The position numbers and the translations under genes are program-made. 64,000 bases of DNA, from NCBI GenBank assembly GCA_945787325.1, contig CALZHP010000001.1, positions 73 through 64,072 on the forward strand, read 5' to 3'. This stretch comes from an uncultured Desulfobulbaceae bacterium. Lineage in GTDB: Bacteria; Desulfobacterota; Desulfobulbia; Desulfobulbales; BM004. The notes under the pieces are model-generated. The model was not told where the DNA came from and did not search any database. It worked only from the letters and a program-made list of their open reading frames with translations. Shown piece after piece: positions 38,638 to 47,283 of the stretch; positions within the stretch are counted from its first letter, which is position 1, and each line of letters starts with the position of its first letter.

Positions 38638-40392
38638 TTAGATAGTCTGAGCCTCAACAAGTTGTTCAAGATTACTTTTGGCAAACTCTATTGATGGGTC
38701 AAGAGAAAGTGCCAGCTCAAAATACTTAATGGCCTCATCGTTCTTATTAAGTTTTCTATAATTAACACCAAGGTTAGCATAATCTATGGCAGAGGCTGGG
38801 TTAAGTTCAACGGTTTTACTGAAATGTGAAACAGCCGTTTCATATTCACCAAGCTTGAAGTGGCAGAATCCTAGCATATTATGAAGATCTGGGCGAGTGT
38901 TGTCCATAGCCGTTCCTTTTTCCAGAACAGTAATTGCTTCACTATATTGTTCCAGATCCTTAAGGCAATTACCCATGTAGGAGTAAATATAGGGCATGTC
39001 CTCTTCTTCAGGATTGAGCTGAAGTGTTTTTTTGAAATGCGCCATCGCTTCATCATGCATTCCTAAAGCAAGCTTATTGCGTCCCAGGTAGAATTCAATA
39101 TAATATGAATTAGGTTGAATCTTCTGAAGATTTAACAAGTGTTCATTGGATTCGACGGGATCTTTAACAAGTTCTGCCAAAAGTTTAGCCGCGAAAAGCC
39201 CCACGCTTTTACTTCTAGATCGCTCTCTGAAATGAGCCCCAGGTATAATTGTGTATATTGTTGGTATCCGCAGCTTTTCATGCATGGTATTCATGATATA
39301 TACATCCATATCAATTTTCTTAAGTGCTGCAAGACATCTATCAATCTCTGTTTTCATATTGTCATCGGTAAGATCATCCATATCCTGAAGATCTATAGTT
39401 TTGCCGGGATTAGTCAAGTACTCAACCTCATCCATACTCAACGGCTTAGGAAGCCCACTGGCCACATAATTAGCCTTGGTATTGAAGTCGCCGGCTAATT
39501 GCGCTACCTCAGTATAAGCCCTGATAAGTGATTTTTCAGGGTTGGGAGTAGTTCCTGCCGTGTAAACAATCTCACTAGTCATCGGAAAAGTGGATCTGTC
39601 GATCGCAAGAGCACCTATAGTCGGAATACCAGTGTCCAAAGAAAAATCGTTCAGGTAGACTTCAATGTTATGTTTCCTGAATTTGTTAATCAGTTCTTTG
39701 GAGACAGGATCATTAGCGGAATCAAGATTTATCAGCGGTGATTTTATTTCATCATGGCTAATTACAGCGCATACGTGACGCTCAACAATTTCACAAATAC
39801 CCTGACTTATAGCTTCTTCGTATGTATTGCCTGCGGAAGGACCATTAAATTCATTAATCGCATAGAACCATGAGAAAGGAATCAGTAACTCCTCTTCTTT
39901 GTTTAAATGAGTAACCCAGGTCCATTGAATTGGAATGTCGGCCAGCATTTTTTCAAGTGTTTCTTCATCAGTTGTCTCATCATGCACTGACTGCAGCATC
40001 TTTTTAAGAGGAAGAAGCGGATAACCCTGTGCTTTGAGATTGGGATATGTATCAGTGATAAAATTATCAGGATTTTTTATAAAACTGAAGAAACTGTAAC
40101 GTTCGGCAAGCTCCATACATGCACTTGCACGTGACTGTTCCGGTGTGCTTCCTTTTCCCATCTGTTTTTTATTGCCGATTGTCTCACGAGCGTCTTTTCC
40201 GGTAACACTGAAATAAACAGGTATATCAAGTCGTCCGTTATCAATGCGTCGCACCTCTTTGAGAATGTCAAGATCTACTTCCTTAAGCATCTTCATGAAA
40301 CGATCAACAGTTTCTACTGGCGACATTACCTTATCCTGATCGTATGTATAATGCTTAAAACAATCTTTTAATCTGATGGGCCTCTTTTCCAT
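38638..40392 (-). CDS. YcaO-domain protein fused to C-terminal TPR repeats
   Basis: 584 aa. YcaO motifs are RIDNGRLDIPVYFSV and SRASACMELAERYS. From about aa 430 there are 4-5 TPR-like repeats, for example YIEFYLGRNKLALGMHDEAMAHFKKTLQLNP and LGFCHFKLGEYETAVSHFSKTVELNP. Confidence 0.85.
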   Translation of the reverse strand: MEKRPIRLKDCFKHYTYDQDKVMSPVETVDRFMKMLKEVDLDILKEVRRIDNGRLDIPVYFSVTGKDARETIGNKKQMGKGSTPEQSRASACMELAERYSFFSFIKNPDNFITDTYPNLKAQGYPLLPLKKMLQSVHDETTDEETLEKMLADIPIQWTWVTHLNKEEELLIPFSWFYAINEFNGPSAGNTYEEAISQGICEIVERHVCAVISHDEIKSPLINLDSANDPVSKELINKFRKHNIEVYLNDFSLDTGIPTIGALAIDRSTFPMTSEIVYTAGTTPNPEKSLIRAYTEVAQLAGDFNTKANYVASGLPKPLSMDEVEYLTNPGKTIDLQDMDDLTDDNMKTEIDRCLAALKKIDMDVYIMNTMHEKLRIPTIYTIIPGAHFRERSRSKSVGLFAAKLLAELVKDPVESNEHLLNLQKIQPNSYYIEFYLGRNKLALGMHDEAMAHFKKTLQLNPEEEDMPYIYSYMGNCLKDLEQYSEAITVLEKGTAMDNTRPDLHNMLGFCHFKLGEYETAVSHFSKTVELNPASAIDYANLGVNYRKLNKNDEAIKYFELALSLDPSIEFAKSNLEQLVEAQTI

Positions 40393-40516
40393 AATTCACC
40401 TCATTCGGGTACTAATTTGCATATATTTGTAACATTCTCATCTAATAAATCGAAATTATAATGGAATAACTGTGCCACTTTGTGGCATGCGTATAATTAT
40501 CATAAAAATAATTATT

Positions 40517-40993
40517 TTAAATAAAATCTTTCAAAATCTGCAATTTTTTTTCCCAGGAGCTACCTACCGGTTCAATTGTAATTGATCTTTCATCATGAGA
40601 TGTGATTATTATATTCAAACGAAGTCTTTCTGAAGGTATTAAATTGCCAAGCCTGTCAGGCCATTCAATTACCGTGAGCCCTTCTCCGTAAATATAGTCC
40701 TCAAAACCCAGGTCGGTGATCTCTTCTGTGCTGGAAAGACGATACAAATCTATATGATAAAGAGGTATACGTCCGGGATATTCGTGCAGCAGGCTAAATG
40801 TTGGGCTTGTGATATAGCAGGCTTCGGGAACATCCATACCCCGGCCGATAGACTGTGTCAATGTAGTCTTGCCGGCCCCAAGGTCGCCTTCAAGTGTTAT
40901 AACTTCACCTGGGGCTGCTTTTTTTCCAAGTAATATTCCCAGAGCCTGTATTTTGGCCAATGTAAACTTATCGTATTGTAAATTCATTTCCAT
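40517..40993 (-). CDS. tsaE: tRNA threonylcarbamoyladenosine biosynthesis ATPase TsaE
   Basis: 158 aa. LEGDLGAGKTTL (Walker A), SPTFSL and HIDLYRL motifs are present. Confidence 0.9.
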   Translation of the reverse strand: MEMNLQYDKFTLAKIQALGILLGKKAAPGEVITLEGDLGAGKTTLTQSIGRGMDVPEACYITSPTFSLLHEYPGRIPLYHIDLYRLSSTEEITDLGFEDYIYGEGLTVIEWPDRLGNLIPSERLRLNIIITSHDERSITIEPVGSSWEKKLQILKDFI

Positions 40994-41180
40994 GTTTGTT
41001 TATAAAATCCACGTTAATGCACTCTCAGCGCAGAAAAGCAATCTTATACCATATTTTTTACTGTTCATCTATCAATGGCTACTTGTAATTGTTAAAGCGA
41101 ATCATTACGTTACAATTTATATAAAGAGCAACATGATATTTTTTAATTGAAGTAATTAAATTTTTAAAAGGAGGAAAAGA

Positions 41181-41657
41181 ATGAAAATCAACCAGACTAT
41201 ATTTAAAGTTCTTGCATTAGTGATGTTGGTTGCCTTGATTGGATGTAGTAAAGCTGAAGAGAAAGCTGAAAGTGTTGCCGAAAAAGCAGGATCTGTCATC
41301 AAGGAAAAAGCTGCAGCTGTAAAAGATGCTATGCCGACTGCGGAAGAAGCAAAAAAATCCATGAGCGATGCAGCATCCGGAGTAGCAGAAAAAACTGGCA
41401 GTATGACCGAAAAGGCCGGCGAAATGAAAGACCAGCTTATGAAAGAAGCCGAGACCTATGGAAAACAGGCAGTTGAAGGTGCAAAAGATAAAATGAATGA
41501 AAAAATTGATGAAGTCATGCCTGGTAAAACAGATGTAACCGCCGAATCCGTTCAGAAAAATGTTGAAGACGCAGCGATGCAAAAGGCTGAAGAAACAGCT
41601 ACTGAAGCAATGAAAGACAAAATGCCAGGTGGTATGAAAATCCCTTCATATAAATAA
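41181..41657 (+). CDS. Lys/Glu/Ala/Met-rich lipoprotein (LEA/YtxH-like low complexity)
   Basis: 158 aa. The lipobox is LIGCS. There are degenerate AEKAGS / AEKTGS / EKAGE repeats and many Met residues. The Shine-Dalgarno is AAAGGAGGAAAAGA. Confidence 0.7.
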   Translation: MKINQTIFKVLALVMLVALIGCSKAEEKAESVAEKAGSVIKEKAAAVKDAMPTAEEAKKSMSDAASGVAEKTGSMTEKAGEMKDQLMKEAETYGKQAVEGAKDKMNEKIDEVMPGKTDVTAESVQKNVEDAAMQKAEETATEAMKDKMPGGMKIPSYK

Positions 41658-41681
41658 TTTATAATAACAGCGACATTTTAA

Positions 41682-41710
41682 AGGGTTCCCAGCCGGGAGC
41701 CCTTTTTTTT
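41682..41710 (+). terminator. rho-independent terminator after the Met-rich lipoprotein gene
   Basis: The stem is AAGGGTTCCC-agcc-GGGAGCCCTT, 8-10 bp with one G-U pair, followed by a T8 tract. Confidence 0.8.
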
Positions 41711-41794
41711 AACAGGTATTTTAGTATAGTATCACCGTCGTAATTTTATTATCAGCAATTGGTTCTAAATAAAATAGATAAAGTTCAACCGGGG

Positions 41795-42220
41795 ATGTTC
41801 AAAGTGATCAGATTCAAGTGTCTACTCTTATTAAATATTATTTGTATTATAACCATATACGGTTGCAGCAATGTTCCCAAAAATGTAAGTGAAAAAAGTG
41901 AGAACGGCAGTTTCACAATCGAAATGCGAATGGAAAAGAAACTAAAGCAGGGGCCAAATAAAGTTGTATTATTCCTATCAGATGTTGACGACCACGCTGT
42001 TACCGATGCTGAGATATCTATAAAACCCTGGATGCCGTCAATGGGTCATGGGGTCATGTGGATTCCTAAGATAACCGAGAAAGGCAATGGTATCTATGAT
42101 GCCCTTATCATGCTAAATATGGGTGGTCACTGGGAACTTCAAATGGAAATAAAGAAAGATGCAGTTTCCGATAAGCTTGTTATGAATTTTCCAGAGGTGG
42201 AAGGTGAAAAAAAGAAATAA
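41795..42220 (+). CDS. YtkA/FixH-like domain lipoprotein
   Basis: The lipoprotein signal is MFKVIRFKCLLLLNIICIITIYGCS. The body (GPNKVVLFLSD..., KPWMPSMGHGVMW, GNGIYDALIMLNMGGHWELQMEI) matches the YtkA-like beta-sandwich pattern. The track ORF starts at a TTG at 41759. Confidence 0.6.
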   Translation: MFKVIRFKCLLLLNIICIITIYGCSNVPKNVSEKSENGSFTIEMRMEKKLKQGPNKVVLFLSDVDDHAVTDAEISIKPWMPSMGHGVMWIPKITEKGNGIYDALIMLNMGGHWELQMEIKKDAVSDKLVMNFPEVEGEKKK

Positions 42221-42226
42221 AATCGA

Positions 42227-43210
42227 TTAAATATTCTTAATTTTTTTTGCGTATTTCGGATAATATTTTTTCGCACATTCAGGGCACATACCGTGACTGA
42301 ATTCAGCTTCCGAATGCTCACGAATATATAATTCTATTTGATTCCAATACCCCTTATCATCTCGGATTTTCTTACAGGATGCACAGATCGGCAGATATCC
42401 GGACAACTTTTTTACTTCCTTTAATGCATTCTCTAGTTCAGCCGTCCTTTGACTAACAAGTTCTTCCAAGTGGTTCTGATAGTTGGAAACATCTGCTTCA
42501 GCTTTGCGTCTTCGGCGTCTTTCAGCCAAGCCCTTATTAATAATATACAATGACAAAAAAGCTATAATCAGAAGAATAACAAGCGAGATATAAGTAAGCC
42601 TTTTTGTAACCTTAGCTATTTCACTGTGTACATCATCGAAATAAACTCCAGTACCAATTATCCACTCCCAGGGGCTAAACAATTTCACAAACGAAACTTT
42701 TGCAACAATTTTTTCAGGTTCATCATTCCACTGCCATAAATATGGCAAAAATCCAGACCCACTTTTTTGGGCTGTACCAACCATATCGATAAAAGGGCGT
42801 TTACCGTTTGGATCAGAGTAATTTGTTAAGCTTTGCCCTTCGAGATCAGGTCTATATGGGTGCATAATCATTTTAGGACCCATATCATTGATCCAGAAAT
42901 AACTTTTCCCATCCGGGCCATACCGAACAGATCTTAAATGTTGAATCGCTGAATCCTGCGCATTTTCCATAGATAGATTGCCGGACACAACTTGCTGATG
43001 ATAATAATCCAGTGTATGCCATGCCGTCTGGACCAGCGTACTTGTCATAATCTTCTTCTGTTCCATAAGGTTTTCTTTTGAAGCAGGTAATAGTACAAAG
43101 AAAAGAGAAATAATAAACAGAACCACAGCAAGTAGAGATGGAAATATAATTTTTCCTATTTCGGAAAAAGAAAAGTTGTTTTCTGTATTTTTTAGCAAAG
43201 TAGATTCCAT
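42227..43210 (-). CDS. membrane sensor: TM / single Cache-like domain / TM / coiled coil / C-terminal Cys-His-rich domain (paralogous output to 23263..24489)
   Basis: 327 aa. TM1 is IIFPSLLAVVLFIISLFFVLL. The Cache-like region contains YFWINDMGPKMIMHPYRPDLEG. TM2 is LTYISLVILLIIAFLSLYII. The C-terminus is LPICASCKKIRDDKGYWNQIELYIREHSEAEFSHGMCPECAKKYYP. Confidence 0.7.
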   Translation of the reverse strand: MESTLLKNTENNFSFSEIGKIIFPSLLAVVLFIISLFFVLLPASKENLMEQKKIMTSTLVQTAWHTLDYYHQQVVSGNLSMENAQDSAIQHLRSVRYGPDGKSYFWINDMGPKMIMHPYRPDLEGQSLTNYSDPNGKRPFIDMVGTAQKSGSGFLPYLWQWNDEPEKIVAKVSFVKLFSPWEWIIGTGVYFDDVHSEIAKVTKRLTYISLVILLIIAFLSLYIINKGLAERRRRRKAEADVSNYQNHLEELVSQRTAELENALKEVKKLSGYLPICASCKKIRDDKGYWNQIELYIREHSEAEFSHGMCPECAKKYYPKYAKKIKNI

Positions 43211-43577
43211 AAAAATTAAATAAATACATCAATATAGTAGATAGTTATACAAACAAATATAATTAGCTTATTTTTAAAAAGGCAAGATTATGGCAGGTTA
43301 TCTGAAAAAAGCAAATATAATTACACAAAAAAATCAATTAATCAATTCAGATAGGTGTATTTTACTCCATAAAAAGCTATACAACATTTAAATTTATCAA
43401 TAGAACAATGATTTGCAAAACAACCTGTTTAATAATTTTCTCTTGACACCAATCAAGCAATCGTTGTATCAGATTAATTTAACAACATTTATTCATACCA
43501 GGGCGAAAATCATTTGATTATTTTTTTAGCAGCCATGTTTACTCCAGTTTTAATAAACACCTCTTTAAGGAAATACT

Positions 43578-45104
43578 TTGTTTAAATTTTTTCAAAAAAA
43601 ACTGAGTTGGACCATATTATCTATTCTCGCTCTCGCACTAGCCTTACCTCTCATAATACTTGTCTTTTTTTCTGCTTCTTATCAGGCCCGCAATATGATC
43701 TCGGAAATGACCACTTTCGGACACGACATTTTTCATACTGTGTATCAGGGTATTCAATATCCCATGGCCAAAGGTGACAGTGCTGCTGTGCGTTCACAAA
43801 TGGTTGATATGAACAATAAACTTAAAGATGTTTCTATTTTCATCTGCAACAATGACCAGGAGATCATTTATTCAACTAAAGAAGATATGATAGGCCAGAC
43901 AATTAAAAGCTCCGTGGTCGACAGTAGTATTTGGAATGAGCTTGTGTCCCGCAAAAACTCTCGTGAAGAGCTTACAAAATCCTTAGAAGAAACAAATGAC
44001 GGGAAAAAATATCTTACCACCGTTCACCTCATACGAAACAAGAGCAAATGCCATGAGTGCCACGGTTCAAAAAAAGAAATCCTTGGCGGCATGGTTGTTC
44101 AAATGGCAACAGACAGAACCTATAACGCCATTATGCAATATACCAGAAACAACCTCATCCTGGGGCTTCTGGGTATCACCCTGATAGTACTTGTTTTTTA
44201 TTTCCTGCTCTTCAAACTCGTTACTGAACCCATCAAAAAACTAGCTGGGTATATTAAAAATCTTCCGGAAGAGCTTGAAGAAGAACAGCTTGAACCAAGA
44301 GAAGTCGTAATACGGGAAGACGAGATAGGTTGTCTTGAGAAAAATTTTTATAAAATGCGTAAAGAAATCAGGGAAAAAAATGAAGCTATAAGAATCGCCA
44401 ATGAAGAGTTAATGACTTCCAATAAGGAACTTGAGGCCTTTGCGTATTCAGTTTCACATGACCTGCGGGCCCCACTCCGAAATATTGACGGTTTCTCAAA
44501 AATTTTACTTGATGAACATAGTGACAAACTTGATGGACAAGGCAAAAATTTCCTGAACAGGGTGAGAAACGGAACCGTAAAAATGTCACATTTGATTGAT
44601 GATATGCTTTCTTTTTCACGCGCTGGCCGTAAGGAAATGCAGAATATTAAGATTGATACTAATAAGATTGTCAATGAATGTCTGCGCGATTTCACCCAGA
44701 GCATCAGAGAAAAAGATATTGATGTAACGGTGGACGAAATGCCGGAAATATTCGGAGACATGTCTATGATCCAGCATATTTTTTCAAACCTGATTTCTAA
44801 CGCTGTCAAATATACACGAGAAACGAAACATCCTAAAATCAGCATAGGCTATAATGCGAAGGACAAGGCCTTCTACATTAAGGACAACGGTATAGGTTTT
44901 GATACAAAATATAACGACAAAATATTTCAGATATTTCAAAGACTCCATCTTCCTGAAGAGTATGAGGGAACCGGTGTAGGGCTTGCAATCGTTCAACGCC
45001 TTGTTGAAAGGCATAAAGGGGAAATCTGGGCAGAATCTGAACCTGGACATGGTTCAACTTTTTATCTGCGTCTGCCCTTAAACAAGCAGGCTCAATTAAC
45101 ATAG
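43578..45104 (+). CDS. sensor histidine kinase with extracytoplasmic CXXCH (heme c) domain, HAMP, HisKA, HATPase_c
   Basis: 508 aa with a TTG start. Two TM segments flank an extracytoplasmic domain of about 160 aa that ends in KCHECHGSKKEILGG (CXXCH at 44049..44063). The H-box is SHDLRAPL, and the G-boxes are DNGIGF and GTGVGL. Confidence 0.85.
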   Translation: MFKFFQKKLSWTILSILALALALPLIILVFFSASYQARNMISEMTTFGHDIFHTVYQGIQYPMAKGDSAAVRSQMVDMNNKLKDVSIFICNNDQEIIYSTKEDMIGQTIKSSVVDSSIWNELVSRKNSREELTKSLEETNDGKKYLTTVHLIRNKSKCHECHGSKKEILGGMVVQMATDRTYNAIMQYTRNNLILGLLGITLIVLVFYFLLFKLVTEPIKKLAGYIKNLPEELEEEQLEPREVVIREDEIGCLEKNFYKMRKEIREKNEAIRIANEELMTSNKELEAFAYSVSHDLRAPLRNIDGFSKILLDEHSDKLDGQGKNFLNRVRNGTVKMSHLIDDMLSFSRAGRKEMQNIKIDTNKIVNECLRDFTQSIREKDIDVTVDEMPEIFGDMSMIQHIFSNLISNAVKYTRETKHPKISIGYNAKDKAFYIKDNGIGFDTKYNDKIFQIFQRLHLPEEYEGTGVGLAIVQRLVERHKGEIWAESEPGHGSTFYLRLPLNKQAQLT

Positions 45105-45152
45105 ATATTTATAAGAGGATAGCCTCAATAACATTAAATCGAGGAGACCAGA

Positions 45153-45599
45153 ATGCATATGGATAATGCAAACGAGATTTTGTTGGTGGAAGACAACCCT
45201 GATGATGTTGAACTCGCTCTGCATGCTTTGAAACGAAATAATATCCTTAATCCTATTAAAGTTATGCGCGATGGTCAGGATGCTTTAGATTATCTGTTTA
45301 GTAAAGGTGAATTTGAAGGAATGGTTTCCTATCCTCCACAACTGATACTTCTCGATTTAAAATTACCGAAAGTTGACGGGATAGAGGTGCTTAGAAAAAT
45401 CAAAAAAGATGAAACACTGAAGAAAGTACCGGTTGTTGTTTTAACATCCTCCAAAGAGGAAAGGGACATTGTCGAAAGCTATGATCTGGGAGTTAACAGC
45501 TATATTAGAAAACCAGTTGATTTCGATCAATTTGTCGAGACAGTACGTTATATTGGATATTATTGGCTCTTACTCAACGAGGCACCGGATAAAAATTAA
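45153..45599 (+). CDS. single-domain response regulator (CheY-like receiver)
   Basis: 148 aa. ILLVEDNPDD, LILLDLKLPKVDG (phospho-accepting Asp), VLTSS and a conserved Lys in IRKP are present. Confidence 0.88.
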   Translation: MHMDNANEILLVEDNPDDVELALHALKRNNILNPIKVMRDGQDALDYLFSKGEFEGMVSYPPQLILLDLKLPKVDGIEVLRKIKKDETLKKVPVVVLTSSKEERDIVESYDLGVNSYIRKPVDFDQFVETVRYIGYYWLLLNEAPDKN

Positions 45600-45629
45600 A
45601 TCCAATCATTTTGCCTCCTATATATATTT

Positions 45630-47228
45630 ATGGAAGAAAATATTCGTCACATAAAGATTTTATTTCTTGAAGACAATCCTGATGACGTTGAGCTGGAACT
45701 TTATCAGCTGCGTAATAACAATTTTGAGGTTGAACACGACATTGCCAGGAACAAAAAAGAATTCATGGAAAGACTCCCGGACCTTCAGGCTGATATTATA
45801 ATCGCCGATTACTCACTACCCGATATAACAGGTATTGAGGCTATTCACATCCTCAAGGTTCATCTCATTGACATTCCTGTAATCCTTATAACCGGCGTGG
45901 GAAATGAACAAATTGCGGTTGACTCTCTTCGTGAAGGTGCAACTGACTATATCCTCAAAAAGAATATTACCGGCTTGTCGGCAAGAATTAACAGGGCCCT
46001 TGATGTCTGGGCCGACCGAAAAGCGGTGGAAAAGGTTCGTGAAGAAAAAAGAAACCTCCAAAGCCAGCTTTTCCAATCACAGAAACTTGAATCGGTTGGC
46101 AGGCTTGCCGGTGGTATCGCACATGACTTTAATAATATGCTCACCGCCATTATGGGCTATGCTGGACTGAGCCTCAAAACTCTGCAGGAAAACTCACCAC
46201 ACCATAAAAACCTGAAAACAATTACCGAAGTTTCCAAAAAGGCCGCCAACCTTGTTCAGAAACTGCTCCTGTTCAGTAAAAAGATCTCACTGGATCTCAA
46301 GCCTGTTGACATCAATGCGCTCATCACAAACAGCACGGATTTCATCAATCGAATGCTGGAGGAATCAATTGAAATCAAACTTGACCTGCAGGATGATCTA
46401 CCATGGGTCAACTCCGATGAAGGACAGCTCACACAAGTCCTCATTAATTTTGCGGTTAATGCCAGAGATGCCATGCAAGGCAAGGGAACCTTTATTATTA
46501 AAACTGAATCATTTAACGGTATTGAAAATCCCATAGCACAAACACCAGTTCAGAATATTGACGAATATATCCTTATGACAGTATCCGATACAGGATGCGG
46601 AATAACTGAAGAAAGCATTTCGAAGATATTTGATCCATTTTACACTACCAAAGATGTAGATAAAGGCACTGGTCTTGGCCTTTCAATAGTTTACTCTATT
46701 GTAGCTGGACATGGCGGATGGATTGATGTCACCAGTAAAGTGGACAGCGGCACAACCTTTAAAATTTACTTACCGAATATCGCCAGTAAGGATTCATCTG
46801 CTCATATAGCTGTTCTGGATTCACCGCTTGTGGCTTCACAGCTTATCAACAAGGGCAAGGAAACAATTCTTATCGCAGAAGATGAAGAAATTCTCAGGCA
46901 ATATACAATCGAGATGCTTACTGATATCGGTTACAATGTCCTGACTGCTCGAGACGGTGTTGAAGCTCTGGATCTTTTCAAAAAGTCACCTGAAAGTATC
47001 GATCTGATACTTTCCGATATGGTCATGCCGAACAAAACCGGCCTAGAACTTTTCCGTGATGTGAAAACCATCAAGCCGGATGTAAAATTCATCCTTGTTT
47101 CTGGCTATTGTATGGAACAGATTGATGGAGGTATACTCAGGGATATGCAGGCCATACTATTAAAACCGTATACTACAGAAAAAATCAGCAATCTTATCAG
47201 AAATGTTCTCGATGAAGTTCCTAATTAG
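45630..47228 (+). CDS. hybrid histidine kinase REC-HisKA-HATPase_c-REC
   Basis: 532 aa. The N-terminal receiver has IIIADYSLPDITG. The H-box is HDFNNMLTAI. The N- and G-boxes are NFAVNARDAM, DTGCGI and GTGLGLS. The C-terminal receiver has LILSDMVMPNKTG. Confidence 0.88.
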   Translation: MEENIRHIKILFLEDNPDDVELELYQLRNNNFEVEHDIARNKKEFMERLPDLQADIIIADYSLPDITGIEAIHILKVHLIDIPVILITGVGNEQIAVDSLREGATDYILKKNITGLSARINRALDVWADRKAVEKVREEKRNLQSQLFQSQKLESVGRLAGGIAHDFNNMLTAIMGYAGLSLKTLQENSPHHKNLKTITEVSKKAANLVQKLLLFSKKISLDLKPVDINALITNSTDFINRMLEESIEIKLDLQDDLPWVNSDEGQLTQVLINFAVNARDAMQGKGTFIIKTESFNGIENPIAQTPVQNIDEYILMTVSDTGCGITEESISKIFDPFYTTKDVDKGTGLGLSIVYSIVAGHGGWIDVTSKVDSGTTFKIYLPNIASKDSSAHIAVLDSPLVASQLINKGKETILIAEDEEILRQYTIEMLTDIGYNVLTARDGVEALDLFKKSPESIDLILSDMVMPNKTGLELFRDVKTIKPDVKFILVSGYCMEQIDGGILRDMQAILLKPYTTEKISNLIRNVLDEVPN

Positions 47229-47283
47229 CCACCTATCCTCTTTATCCATCCTTCTTAGTTCAACACTTTTAACATATAAATAG

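Noticed and set aside
40462-40477. TGGCAC motif upstream of the YcaO-TPR gene. The minus strand reads TGGCACAGTTATTCCA, and the motif is embedded in a TGCCAC-AAA-GTGGCA hairpin.
   Set aside because: The -12 element reads TTCC rather than TTGC, so the near-invariant G of the GC dinucleotide is missing. The 6-bp hairpin could equally be a weak tsaE terminator. The support for a sigma54 promoter is insufficient.
43443-43478. TTGACA followed 17-18 nt later by GTATCA/TATCAG, about 130 nt upstream of the heme-c kinase gene. This is a possible sigma70 promoter.
   Set aside because: The -10 match is poor (3-4 of 6) in an AT-rich region where such matches are expected by chance. I did not report it as a feature.
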